A stretch of DNA of 64,000 nucleotides, from contig AP038806.1 of assembly GCA_047150005.1 (NCBI GenBank), forward strand, positions 2,208,001 through 2,272,000, written 5' to 3'. The position numbers and the translations under genes are program-made. The DNA is from Nitrospira sp. (GTDB taxonomy: Bacteria; Nitrospirota; Nitrospiria; Nitrospirales; Nitrospiraceae). The notes beneath the pieces were generated by a model. That model was not told the origin of the DNA. It ran no database searches and was given only the letters and a program-made list of their open reading frames with translations. Shown here piece by piece: positions 8,237 through 17,898 of the stretch (positions are counted from its first letter, which is position 1; every line of letters begins with the position of its first letter).

Positions 8237-9319
8237 ATGATGTTGTTGAATCCAGGGCCAGTGAACGTATCGGACAGGGTCAGGCAGGCTCTCCTTCGCC
8301 AGGATATCTGTCACCGGGAATCGGAATTCTCCGATCTCCTGGCCGGGATCCAAACCAAGCTGCTGAAGGCCTTCGTGCCTGGGGCGGAAGCCGACTATGC
8401 CGCCGTGCTGATCACGGGTTCCGGAACGTCTGCTGTCGAAGCCGCCGTGTTGTCCTCACTTCCGCACGGCAAGCGCATGCTGGTTTTGAACAATGGAGTC
8501 TATGGCGAGCGACTTTCCCAGATGGTGGGCGTTCATCGTCTGGGCGTTTCTGAACTGAAGTACGAGTGGACTGTGACGCCGGATCCCGAGCGACTGCGGC
8601 TGGCGCTCAGGCAGCATCCGGAGGTCCATGCCGTGGCGATGGTGCATCACGAGACCACCACCGGATTGATCAATCCGGTCAAGGAAATTGCCGAGGTCGT
8701 CGACAGTCAAAACCGCGTGTTCATCGTGGACGCGGTCAGCGCTCTGGGCGGTGAACCGCTCGACATCGCCGGCAATCATATCTACATGGTGAGCGGTACG
8801 GCGGGGAAGTGCATCCAGGGATTTCCTGGCGTGTCGTTTGTGCTGCTGCGGCGGGGATTTCTGGAACGGATGCGAACCTATCCCAAGCGGTCCTGGTATC
8901 TCCATCTGACCCATTATGTGAACGATCAGGGCCAAGGGGTCATCCCGTTCACGCCGGCGGTGCAGGTGTTTTATGCTTTTGACGAGGCGCTCAACGAGCT
9001 CCTTGACGAAGGGGTCGCCAGGCGTATTCAACGCTACAAGAAAATGGCGTCGTTGATCCGAGAGCGTATGGCGAAACTCGGCCTGAAATCGGTTCTCACG
9101 CCGGATCGCCAATCCAACACGATCACCGCGTACTATCTGCCGGAAGGGTTGTCCTACCAGGTTCTCCATGATCAGTTGAAGGCGCAGGGGTACGTCATCT
9201 ATGCCGGTCAGGGCAATCTGGAGAACAAGATTTTTCGGGTGGCCAACATGGGGGCATTGACCGAGGCACAGTTCACGGCATTTCTCGACGCCGTGGAACG
9301 GATTTGCACGCCCGCATGA
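8237..9319 (+). CDS. 2-aminoethylphosphonate aminotransferase (PhnW/AepZ family, class V PLP)
   Basis: LLNPGPV, DICHRE, GSGT, NNGVYGER, VHHETTTG, DAVS, GKCIQGFPG, PFTP, GYVIYAGQG. Confidence 0.9.
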   Translation: MMLLNPGPVNVSDRVRQALLRQDICHRESEFSDLLAGIQTKLLKAFVPGAEADYAAVLITGSGTSAVEAAVLSSLPHGKRMLVLNNGVYGERLSQMVGVHRLGVSELKYEWTVTPDPERLRLALRQHPEVHAVAMVHHETTTGLINPVKEIAEVVDSQNRVFIVDAVSALGGEPLDIAGNHIYMVSGTAGKCIQGFPGVSFVLLRRGFLERMRTYPKRSWYLHLTHYVNDQGQGVIPFTPAVQVFYAFDEALNELLDEGVARRIQRYKKMASLIRERMAKLGLKSVLTPDRQSNTITAYYLPEGLSYQVLHDQLKAQGYVIYAGQGNLENKIFRVANMGALTEAQFTAFLDAVERICTPA

Positions 9320-10035
9320 AGGCCGTCATTCTCGCCGCCGGCGTCGGTAAGCGGCTCTGGCCTCTGACACAGCATCGTCCCAAATGTCTGATCGAGATCG
9401 GCGGCCGGAGTCTGCTTCACCGCTATCTGCGATCACTGGGAGAGGTCGGTGTGGCCAGAGCGGATATCGTCGTCGGATACAAGCAGGAGATGATCCGGGC
9501 GGCCGTGGATGCCAATTCGTATGGGGTGCGGGTGAACTTCCTCGTCAATGAGCAATTCCAGCGCGGCAGCATTTCTTCTCTGTGGGTGGCGCGCACGGTC
9601 TTGGATGATGACGTCATCATTATGGATGCGGACGTGCTGTTTCATCGTGAGATCCTCCGAAAACTCGTGCAGTCTGCGTATCCCAACGCTCTGCTGATGG
9701 ACGAATCGGTCAAACAGACCGGAGAAGAATGTATGGTGGTAGTGGAGGGCGGTCGCGTCATCGCGCTGACCAAGCGTCTGCCGCTGCATTACGACTATGC
9801 GGGCGAAGGCGTCGGGTTTTTCAAGGTCAGGGCGGCGGATACTCCCCATATCGTGGCATCTCTCAGGACGTACGTGGACCGGGAAGCCTGGCAGATGGAA
9901 TACGAAGATGCGTTACTGGAATTCTTCAGGGATGTGAAAGTGGGGCATGAAAAAATCGGAGGCTTGCCTTGGACCGAGATCGATTTCGCCGAGGACGTGG
10001 AGAAGGCCGAGCGGGACGTACTGCCGAAATTGTGA
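9316..10035 (+). CDS. Phosphocholine/phosphonate cytidylyltransferase (LicC/PntC-like)
   Basis: MKAVILAAGVGKRL..RPKCL, MDADV, GEGVGFFK, WTEIDF; ATGA overlap with the transaminase. Confidence 0.9.
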   Translation: MKAVILAAGVGKRLWPLTQHRPKCLIEIGGRSLLHRYLRSLGEVGVARADIVVGYKQEMIRAAVDANSYGVRVNFLVNEQFQRGSISSLWVARTVLDDDVIIMDADVLFHREILRKLVQSAYPNALLMDESVKQTGEECMVVVEGGRVIALTKRLPLHYDYAGEGVGFFKVRAADTPHIVASLRTYVDREAWQMEYEDALLEFFRDVKVGHEKIGGLPWTEIDFAEDVEKAERDVLPKL

Positions 10036-10095
10036 CGCGCGTCCATCCCGCGATTCCCTGTCGCGATGGCGTACAACGTAAGAGGACAGCCCGAC

Positions 10096-11481
10096 ATGGG
10101 TGAGAGTGTGCTTGACCAACAGGCCGATCTGCAGGGGCTCTCAACCGCCATCCTGCTCCCGTCTGTGGACCTGTCCGGGGCGCCGGTCGGAGGGGCAGTC
10201 GGGCCGCTCACGCCGATTGTGGGCATCGGCTTGTTCCAGCGCGCCGTGTTGACCTTTCAACGTGCGGGTATCCGGCAGCTGATTGTGGTGGCCGGAGTGG
10301 AGGAAGAGGCGCTCAAGCAAGCTCTCGGCAAGGGACCCCGCGTGACGATCCCGGTCCGTTGGATGCCGATTCGGGAATTTCCGCTGGATGACCCCCGGAC
10401 CTGGGAGGCGTTGGCCGCAGAGGTTCGCGGCTTCTGTCTGGTGTCCGGAGCAGCCGGCATCTTCTCGCGCGCGTTGGTCGAGCAGCTCCGACGGGACGTT
10501 CAGGAAGGACAAGCGATTGTCGTCGGGCCCGCGCGGCATCACCGTGGGACGACTCAGGGCGATGTCGGGTCGATCCGCCGGTTCCCGGAATCGAGTGTGG
10601 CCGAGGCAGCGGATCTGGTGGTGCTACCGGCGAGCCTTTTGAGTGCCGCAGGATCGACGATGTGCGAGTCCGGTACCGTTCCTGTTCGTCGGTGGATCGA
10701 ACAGGCGGGGGCGACCGGTCGGTTGCGTGTTTTTTCGACCGAATCGAACCAGGCCCTGTGGTACCGGGCGGTACGGAACTCCCGTGATCTGCGAGCCGCC
10801 GAGAGCCAGCTGTTTGCATCGCTCAGAAGCGACCTCGAAGGCGTCGTCGACCGGTATTTCAATCGGATTCTGTCCCGAAGGTTCACACGGGTCTTTCTCT
10901 CGCTCGGTTTATCGCCAAACACTGTGACCATGCTGGCCACTCTTGTGGGACTGGCCGCGGCGATGGGATTTGCGAGGGGGACGTACGCCGCCGGCCTCGG
11001 CGCAGCGGTGCTCTTCCAGCTGGCTGCGGTCATCGATTGCAGCGACGGTGAAATCGCGCGGCTGACCTTCACGGAGTCGTCGTTCGGAGCCTGGCTCGAC
11101 ATTGCCATGGACAATGTCGTCCACATGGCCATCTTCGGAGGAATCGCCTGGGGGAGCTATATTGCCGGCTCGGGATTCCCGTACGCCTGGACGCCGTTGG
11201 TCTTGGGGGCCGCCGCGATCCTGGGGAATGCACTGTCATTCGTACTGGTGGGCAAGGCCCAGAAGATCAGAGCAGCGAACGGGTGGAAGAGTCTCGTGCA
11301 TGCAGCGCGCTCCGAATTCATTCTGCAGAATGTAGCGAGCCGGGATTTTTCCGTCATCGTCCTGGTATTTGCCCTCCTCGGCAAGCTGGACTGGTTTCTG
11401 TGGCTCGCGGCGATCGGATCCTTGACGTTCGCGGCGATCATGCTCTGGGTGGTTCGTTTTTCCTCGACCGGCCGTGGTTAA
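10096..11481 (+). CDS. CDP-alcohol phosphotransferase with a degenerate N-terminal NTP-transferase-like domain
   Basis: SPNTVT; signature DCSDGEIAR-x7-GAWLDIAMD; multiple TMs; an alternative start at 10066 is possible. Confidence 0.9.
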   Translation: MGESVLDQQADLQGLSTAILLPSVDLSGAPVGGAVGPLTPIVGIGLFQRAVLTFQRAGIRQLIVVAGVEEEALKQALGKGPRVTIPVRWMPIREFPLDDPRTWEALAAEVRGFCLVSGAAGIFSRALVEQLRRDVQEGQAIVVGPARHHRGTTQGDVGSIRRFPESSVAEAADLVVLPASLLSAAGSTMCESGTVPVRRWIEQAGATGRLRVFSTESNQALWYRAVRNSRDLRAAESQLFASLRSDLEGVVDRYFNRILSRRFTRVFLSLGLSPNTVTMLATLVGLAAAMGFARGTYAAGLGAAVLFQLAAVIDCSDGEIARLTFTESSFGAWLDIAMDNVVHMAIFGGIAWGSYIAGSGFPYAWTPLVLGAAAILGNALSFVLVGKAQKIRAANGWKSLVHAARSEFILQNVASRDFSVIVLVFALLGKLDWFLWLAAIGSLTFAAIMLWVVRFSSTGRG

Positions 11482-12463
11482 GCGGCTTCTTCTGGTTATC
11501 GGTCTCTTCACGCTCGCGTTTCTCGTCTGGTACATCGGCCCAGCGGAGATTTACCGCGCAGTTCACAGGCTCGGTCCGGTGGCGCTCCTGGCGATTCTCG
11601 CGCCTTCGCTCCTCATGTATCTGGTCGAGGGCTACGGCTGGAAGATCACGCTCGCGGGATCGAAACAGGTCCCATTCCGGCGTCTTCTCATGATCCGTAT
11701 GGCGGGGGAAGTGGTCAATATGACGACGCCGACTGCCTACGTCGGCGGAGAGCCATTGAAAGCCTACCTCCTCCAGCGGGACGGAGTGCCCGTGGTCGAG
11801 GGATTGGCATCGGTGGTTATTGCCAAGACTACCATGACAATCGCCCAGGTGGTGTTCATCATCGTGGGTATTGCCGCCGGCCTGTGGGTCCTGGGCCCGA
11901 CCGGGTCACCCGGTCAGGTCGTCACGGGCGCCCTTCTCAGTGTGGGGTTATTACTCTTTGGGACGGCGGCGTTCGTGCTGGTGCAGCGGCGGGGTCTCTT
12001 TACCTGGACGCTGGAACTGATCCGAAGGCTCGGGTGGCGGTTTGAGTTTCTGGAGCATCGGGCAGAACAACTCCGATCGCTCGACCGGACAATCCTGAAC
12101 TTCTATACAGAACGCCGGACCATGTTCTACGTCTCGACGGGACTGTACTTACTGGGATGGCTTGCCGAAGCGATTGAAGTCTACGTCATTATCTACTGCC
12201 TTGGCGGTGCGGCCGACATACTGTCGGCGGTTTCGATCGGGGCATTGTCGGTCTTGATCAAGGGAGGAACATTTTTCATTCCCGGGAGTCTAGGTGCCCA
12301 GGATGCGGGTAATGTATTGCTGCTGCACGCGTTCGGCTATAGTGAGGTTATTGGAGTCGCCTTCGCGCTCTTGCGGCGTTTTCGTGAGCTGGTGTGGATC
12401 TCCGTCGGATTGCTGTGCCTGGCGCTGATCGGCAAGCCAGGAGGGTCGACGAATGACACCTAG
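11474..12463 (+). CDS. Lysylphosphatidylglycerol-synthase-TM / UPF0104 flippase-like membrane protein
   Basis: NMTTPTAYVGGEPLK, IPGSLGAQD, ALLRRFRE motifs; about 8 TM segments. Confidence 0.85.
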   Translation: MVKRLLLVIGLFTLAFLVWYIGPAEIYRAVHRLGPVALLAILAPSLLMYLVEGYGWKITLAGSKQVPFRRLLMIRMAGEVVNMTTPTAYVGGEPLKAYLLQRDGVPVVEGLASVVIAKTTMTIAQVVFIIVGIAAGLWVLGPTGSPGQVVTGALLSVGLLLFGTAAFVLVQRRGLFTWTLELIRRLGWRFEFLEHRAEQLRSLDRTILNFYTERRTMFYVSTGLYLLGWLAEAIEVYVIIYCLGGAADILSAVSIGALSVLIKGGTFFIPGSLGAQDAGNVLLLHAFGYSEVIGVAFALLRRFRELVWISVGLLCLALIGKPGGSTNDT

Positions 12464-12822
12464 GATGTGACGCGCTCACGCTGGATGCTATGGATCCGCT
12501 CGACCATCAGATCCCACACGAAACTGTGCAGGCGGAGATTCGCGGTTCGGTCGACCTTTGTGAATTCGATTCCCGCCCGGTTGCCGTCAACCCATCGCAC
12601 CTGTCCGAGATCGATGGGAAGAGATTCATGGCGATCCGGCAGAAGCAACCTGAGCGCGACGCTGCGCTCTGGAGGCATGGGTCTGTCGGTCTGTATCGTA
12701 CAACCCACAGCCGACAGATTGACGATGACGCCTTCTCCGATCATCGAGAGCACGCAATACATTGCTGGGTAGCTGACCGGCAGACGGTAGAGCCCACGAT
12801 GGTAGGGTCGGACGGTTTCCAT
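12460..12822 (-). CDS. PilZ domain protein
   Basis: HRGLYR, NLSAVG, VRWVDGNRAGIEF. Confidence 0.85.
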   Translation of the reverse strand: METVRPYHRGLYRLPVSYPAMYCVLSMIGEGVIVNLSAVGCTIQTDRPMPPERSVALRLLLPDRHESLPIDLGQVRWVDGNRAGIEFTKVDRTANLRLHSFVWDLMVERIHSIQRERVTS

Positions 12823-13005
12823 GATCGGCAGGAGTCTAACCGGTTCCCATCACCATCGAACATTCCTCGTAAGGGGGGACGGGGCCGATCAAGGAGGCTG
12901 GCGGCTCACGCCGGCCGATTCCACATAGGGGCCGAGCGCAGGCGTAGAGGCCGACGATTTTCAGGGGTGGGATCAACCGATGCCGGCTCAAGCGAATTCA
13001 GTCTC

Positions 13006-14019
13006 CTACTTGCCACCTGTTTGTTGTACGAGTCTGCGGAACTCGACCAGTTGTCTGACTTGCTCGACGATAATCTCGGGTTGGTCGAAGTTGACAAAGT
13101 GACTGCTTCGATCTGCAAAGATCTGGCGGCTGTTGGTGGAGAGTTTCAACAGATCGGCCTGGAGATTGAGCCACATATGACGGAATCGTGAGCCGTCCAC
13201 TCCCTGTGGCATGTCGGGCCACCACGTCGGCCCCGTCGCGGTCACGACAATGAGTGGAAGGTCGCCGAGACGACCGGAGCGCTTGACCTGGGACGAGGTT
13301 TCCTCCAGCGAGGCTTGCTCATCCGCCATGGTGGCGAAGTAGCGGGTTCTCGCCCAGCCGGCCCGCAGCATGGGGCGAATCTCCGGAGGGGCGCCCTCCA
13401 CCTGTCTGGCGAACAACGGCGGCAGGATATCCAACGTCAGCATGAGCCGTGTGATCCCGAGCGTGGTGGCCGCTCCGATGATCGGGAAAGCCGACTTGGC
13501 CGCGGCGATGAATTTCCGGAACTCCTCTTCGTCAAACTGCCGTTCGTGGTCAGCATCGACCAGTACCATCGCGACGACGTCCTCCCGGTAGGATTCGTGG
13601 TACAGTCTGGCTACGAACCCTCCGAGCGAATGGCCGACCAGAATATAGGGTCCGGACACTCTCGCGCGGGCGAGCAGGGTGTGAAGCTCATCGGCGATTT
13701 GTCGCCCCGTTCGCGGCGATGGCCCACGCTCGCTCCAACCCAGTCCGGCTCGATCATACGAGCAGATACGCGTGAGCCGGGTCAGATCGGATTGGATCTT
13801 CGTCCAATAGAGCGACCAGCCGATACTCGCCGATTCGAGGACGACAGTGGGACTGCCTTCGCCCGTACAATGGAGGTGAAGCTCGTGTCCACCGACGTCA
13901 ACGAGTCTTCCCGGGGGCGGATATCGTTGACTGTCCAGTGCCATGTCAACGGCTTGATACGCAGCGCCGGTCAAGACGAGCAGCAACACCGCTACGACAG
14001 AGCGAATCAGCCATCGCAT
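13006..14019 (-). CDS. Membrane-anchored alpha/beta hydrolase
   Basis: N-terminal TM, PPPGRLVDVGG, YDRAGLG, GHSLGG nucleophile elbow, SSHFV. Confidence 0.9.
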   Translation of the reverse strand: MRWLIRSVVAVLLLVLTGAAYQAVDMALDSQRYPPPGRLVDVGGHELHLHCTGEGSPTVVLESASIGWSLYWTKIQSDLTRLTRICSYDRAGLGWSERGPSPRTGRQIADELHTLLARARVSGPYILVGHSLGGFVARLYHESYREDVVAMVLVDADHERQFDEEEFRKFIAAAKSAFPIIGAATTLGITRLMLTLDILPPLFARQVEGAPPEIRPMLRAGWARTRYFATMADEQASLEETSSQVKRSGRLGDLPLIVVTATGPTWWPDMPQGVDGSRFRHMWLNLQADLLKLSTNSRQIFADRSSHFVNFDQPEIIVEQVRQLVEFRRLVQQTGGK

Positions 14020-14288
14020 CGTGTCAAATCGGTCGCCGCATGTCCGCGGGATTCCCCGAGGCTTGGCGGCGAACGCTCCCAAGTCGCTTGCAAAGTGGTA
14101 TGAGTATAACTCTTCAGCGTACTTCTTCCATCCCCAGCCTAGTGGATTCGCTTGAAAACGGAAAGATCTGCACAACAGCGAACCGCTTCGGCAATCTTCC
14201 AACAAGAGTGCAGGATTTGAGCCTGATACTGAGCGTGTGAGACCCAGTGGCAATCTCCTCTCTTTTCCATCCGGATCTTTATGGTAGG

Positions 14289-16304
14289 ATGCCGCGAATG
14301 TCGGTCATGATGCGTGCGGCCTGGATAGCGCTCGCTGGACTGGGAGCGGTGGCTTTCGGTTACGTGGGCGGTCTGATTAATCCCACCGAAAAAGTGAACG
14401 GTCTCTGGCTTGTCGTGGCGGCGGCATGCCTGTACGTACTGGCCTTCCGGTTTTACGGGCGCTGGCTTGCCTGCCAGGTCACCGAGTTGAATGATCGGCG
14501 GGTCACCCCTGCCGTCCGCTTGAACGACGGCGTGAATTTTCACCCGACCAACAAATATGTCCTGTTCGGTCATCATTTCGCGGCCATCGCGGGAGCCGGG
14601 CCGCTTTTGGGGCCAGTGCTGGCGGCACAGTTCGGATTTCTTCCAGGATTCCTCTGGCTCGTCGTCGGGGCGGTGCTTGCGGGAGCGGTGCAAGACTTCA
14701 TCGTTCTCGTTGCCTCAATGCGACGAAATGGCCGGTCTTTGCCGCAAATCGCGCATGATGAGCTGGGGCCGATTACCGGAACGGCCACGGCGGTGGCGGT
14801 GCTCTTCATCGTGGTGGTCGCGCTAGCGGGGCTCGGCTTTGCCGTTGTGAATGCCCTCTATCACAACGCGTGGGGGACATTTACGATCGCCATGACGATT
14901 CCCATCGGATTCGTGATGGGGTTCTATCTCCATAGGCTTCGGCCGGGGGCTGTTGCGGAGGTGACCGTCCTGGGGGTGGGGCTGCTGATTCTGGCCGTGC
15001 TGGCCGGCCGCATGGTTGCCCAGTCGGCGTATGTCTGGATATTCGAGCTTGATCGGGGCACGCTCGTGTGGCTGCTTGCTGGCTACGGGCTCTTGGCCTC
15101 GGTGCTGCCGGGCTGGATGTTGCTGGTACCGCGCGGGTATCTCTCCACCTTCATGAAGCTCGGAGTCGTGTTCCTGCTGGGTTTCGGCGTCATCCTCATG
15201 GCGCCTACCATCGAAATGCCGCGGGTGACGAGATTTGCGCTCGGCGGCGGGCCGATCATTCCCGGCTCGCTGTTCCCCTTCTTGTTCATCACGATTGCAT
15301 GTGGCGCGGTCTCAGGGTTCCATTCCTTGGTATCGTCCGGAACCACTCCGAAGATGATCGAGCAGGAATCGCATGCCATGGTGGGGTACGGAGCCATGCT
15401 CCTGGAGAGCTTCGTCGGGGTGATGGCACTCATTGCAGCCTCGGTCCTGATTCCTGGAGACTATCTGGCGATCAACACGACACTTTCGGCCGATGCGCTG
15501 ACGACGATGGGGTTTGCGCCCGTACACATTGCTGAACTCGCTCGCTTGGTGGGAACAGACATCGAAGGGCGCCCGGGTGGGGCAGTGTCGTTGGCCGTGG
15601 GTATGGCGTCGATCTTCACCGCCCTGCCTGGCATGGGCGGCCTGATGGCATACTGGTATCAGTTCGCGCTAGTCTTTGAGGCGCTGTTCATCCTGACGAC
15701 CATCGATACAGGAACGCGGGTCGCACGCTATCTTGTGCAAGAGATGATGGGTCGGGTATACGCTCCGTTCCGACAAATGAACTGGTGGCCCGGGGCTTTT
15801 GCAACGAGTGGTATCGTGGTGGGTGCTTGGGCCTATCTGATTGGGACCGGGAATATTTCCACAATCTGGCCGATGTTCGGCGCGGCCAATCAGCTCTTGG
15901 GGACGCTGGCGCTCTGCGTCGGTACGACCGTTCTCATTAAAATGTGGAAGTCACCATATCTCTGGGTGACGGCTGTGCCGATGTGCTTTGTGGGCGTCGT
16001 CACGCTCACCGGTTCGTACGAACTATTTGGAATGTTTTTGGGCAAAGCGGCAACGTTCGCAGGCGGTGAGGCATTCTCTCTGTATCTGGACGCGGTGCTC
16101 GTCGTGGCGGTCGCAAGTTTGGGCCTCATCGTCTTGGGGGATAGCTTTAGACAGTGGTACGGATATGTGATTCGGAAAAAGCCGTTTACGAGCAGTGAGG
16201 TCATCGTCATGGCCGGAGGAGGCACTGCGGGGAGGGTGCAGCCGGCCGTTCAGGATGAGGACGTGCGGCGCGGCTTTAAACTCCCGTTCAGCGGCTGCTG
16301 CTGA
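14289..16304 (+). CDS. cstA: Carbon starvation protein A (peptide/pyruvate transporter)
   Basis: GHHFAAIAGAGPLLGP, PRGYLS, IACGAVSGFH, TTIDTGTR, WPMFGAANQLL; start uncertain. Confidence 0.95.
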   Translation: MPRMSVMMRAAWIALAGLGAVAFGYVGGLINPTEKVNGLWLVVAAACLYVLAFRFYGRWLACQVTELNDRRVTPAVRLNDGVNFHPTNKYVLFGHHFAAIAGAGPLLGPVLAAQFGFLPGFLWLVVGAVLAGAVQDFIVLVASMRRNGRSLPQIAHDELGPITGTATAVAVLFIVVVALAGLGFAVVNALYHNAWGTFTIAMTIPIGFVMGFYLHRLRPGAVAEVTVLGVGLLILAVLAGRMVAQSAYVWIFELDRGTLVWLLAGYGLLASVLPGWMLLVPRGYLSTFMKLGVVFLLGFGVILMAPTIEMPRVTRFALGGGPIIPGSLFPFLFITIACGAVSGFHSLVSSGTTPKMIEQESHAMVGYGAMLLESFVGVMALIAASVLIPGDYLAINTTLSADALTTMGFAPVHIAELARLVGTDIEGRPGGAVSLAVGMASIFTALPGMGGLMAYWYQFALVFEALFILTTIDTGTRVARYLVQEMMGRVYAPFRQMNWWPGAFATSGIVVGAWAYLIGTGNISTIWPMFGAANQLLGTLALCVGTTVLIKMWKSPYLWVTAVPMCFVGVVTLTGSYELFGMFLGKAATFAGGEAFSLYLDAVLVVAVASLGLIVLGDSFRQWYGYVIRKKPFTSSEVIVMAGGGTAGRVQPAVQDEDVRRGFKLPFSGCC

Positions 16305-16327
16305 CATTGAAGTGAGAGGAGGCGCAC

Positions 16328-16825
16328 GTGGCTGATCAGTTCTCGTTTGACGTCGTCTCGGAGGTCGATATGCAGGAACTCAAGAACGCCCTCGACCAGG
16401 CGACTAAGGAGATCAAGCAGCGGTTTGATTTCAAGGATTCCAAGACCGAGATTCTGTTGAAGGAAAAGGAGAAGGAACTGGCGGTCGTGTCGGACGACGA
16501 GTACAAGCTGACCGCGGTCCAGGAAATCATCAAGGCGAAGTGCGTGAAGCGCGGAGTCTCTTTACGAGCGTTTACGCATGGGAGCGTCGAGCCGGCCCTC
16601 AGCGGGACGGTTCGGCAGGTGTCGAAGATCCAAAGCGGCCTGGCGTCGGACAAAGCGAAAGAGATTGCCAAGTCGATCAAGGAGTCGAAGCTCAAAGTGC
16701 AGGCCCAGATTCAAGGAGAGCAAGTGCGGATCCTCGGCAAGAGCAAGGACGAGTTGCAGGGCGCCATTGCGTTCCTCAGGGGAAAAGATTTCGGGATCGA
16801 TATCCGGTTTACGAACTACCGGTGA
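16328..16825 (+). CDS. yajQ: YajQ family nucleotide/c-di-GMP-binding protein
   Basis: SFDVVSEVD, RFDFK, KVQAQIQGEQVRI.GKSKDELQ, FTNYR. Confidence 0.95.
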   Translation: MADQFSFDVVSEVDMQELKNALDQATKEIKQRFDFKDSKTEILLKEKEKELAVVSDDEYKLTAVQEIIKAKCVKRGVSLRAFTHGSVEPALSGTVRQVSKIQSGLASDKAKEIAKSIKESKLKVQAQIQGEQVRILGKSKDELQGAIAFLRGKDFGIDIRFTNYR

Positions 16826-16832
16826 CCAGGAG

Positions 16833-17873
16833 GTGCAGCGCCTCTCCACCATACGTACGTGTCTCCTGCTGGTCCTCTTCGTCGTATGTGAAGGGTGCGA
16901 TCGCAGCGATCCGATCGTCCTTATCCAACTCCATCCGACGAATCCCGACATTATTTACGTGGCGACGAACGACTATATCTACAAGACGCGCGATGGAGGA
17001 CGGACTTGGGCCAACCTGTCGCAAGGCATGAGTCATTCACGCGTTATTTCAATGGCCGTGGATCCGACGTACCCGGCGACTGTCTACGCAGGGACGAAAG
17101 GGGACGCCGTGTTCAAGAGTCATGACGGCGGACAGCGCTGGGCCTCGATGCGTTCCGGGTTGGATGATGCCACGATTTCTTCGGTCGTAAATCAGTTCGT
17201 GTTCGATCCGGCGGACAACAATCACATTTATCTCGCCACGACGATGGGGGTGTTTGAGACAAACAACGGCGGGGACAGCTGGATCAAGAAAATGGAGGGG
17301 ATGAAGGAAGTCCTGATGGTGGTGACGCTCGGCATGGACGCCTCGAGGCCGGAGATACTGTATGCCGGCACGAGCGGCGGGGTCTATAAGACCGCGAACA
17401 AGGCGGCCCATTGGGACAAGGTCAACAACGGGCTGGTGGCGCCTGATATGGTCAAGACTTCGCGCGCGCTCAATGTGACCGCGGTTGTGGTCGATCCGTT
17501 CGCCTCGGAAACGGTTTATGCCGCGACGTTGGCGGGGCTTTACAGAACGACCGATGGAGCAAAGTCGTGGACGCGAATCGGAGAATCCCTCGCCGATCAA
17601 ATGATCATCGCCATGATCCTGGATCGGACGAAGCAGGGGGGCATCTACCTTGCGGGGCGCGACGGAGTCCATCGAAGCGAGGACGGCGGGTTGACCTGGC
17701 GAACGATGAACCAAGGGCTTGCGACCACCAACGTCCGATGCATTGTCCAGAGTTCGACCGATCCGAGACTGTTCTATGCCGGGACTAATGGCAGCGGCCT
17801 CTACGGGAGCAGAGACCGTGGGGAACATTGGGAAGCCATGCCGGCGGTCGTGCCGGTCAGGAGCCGGGAATGA
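16833..17873 (+). CDS. BNR/Asp-box beta-propeller protein (YCF48/sortilin-like), probable lipoprotein
   Basis: Repeated (S/T)xDGGxxW Asp-boxes; N-terminal hydrophobic stretch ending at GC; GTG start with AGGAG. Confidence 0.85.
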   Translation: MQRLSTIRTCLLLVLFVVCEGCDRSDPIVLIQLHPTNPDIIYVATNDYIYKTRDGGRTWANLSQGMSHSRVISMAVDPTYPATVYAGTKGDAVFKSHDGGQRWASMRSGLDDATISSVVNQFVFDPADNNHIYLATTMGVFETNNGGDSWIKKMEGMKEVLMVVTLGMDASRPEILYAGTSGGVYKTANKAAHWDKVNNGLVAPDMVKTSRALNVTAVVVDPFASETVYAATLAGLYRTTDGAKSWTRIGESLADQMIIAMILDRTKQGGIYLAGRDGVHRSEDGGLTWRTMNQGLATTNVRCIVQSSTDPRLFYAGTNGSGLYGSRDRGEHWEAMPAVVPVRSRE

Positions 17874-17898
17874 GCGACGTGCGCTGGAGAGAAATGAA

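Noticed and set aside
7055..9319. Coenzyme M / sulfonate pathway (comDE) or AEP catabolism (phnW)
   Set aside because: No comA/comB/comC or phnX/phnY nearby; Ppd-type motifs and the adjacent PEP mutase and cytidylyltransferase favour phosphonate biosynthesis, though this is not proven.
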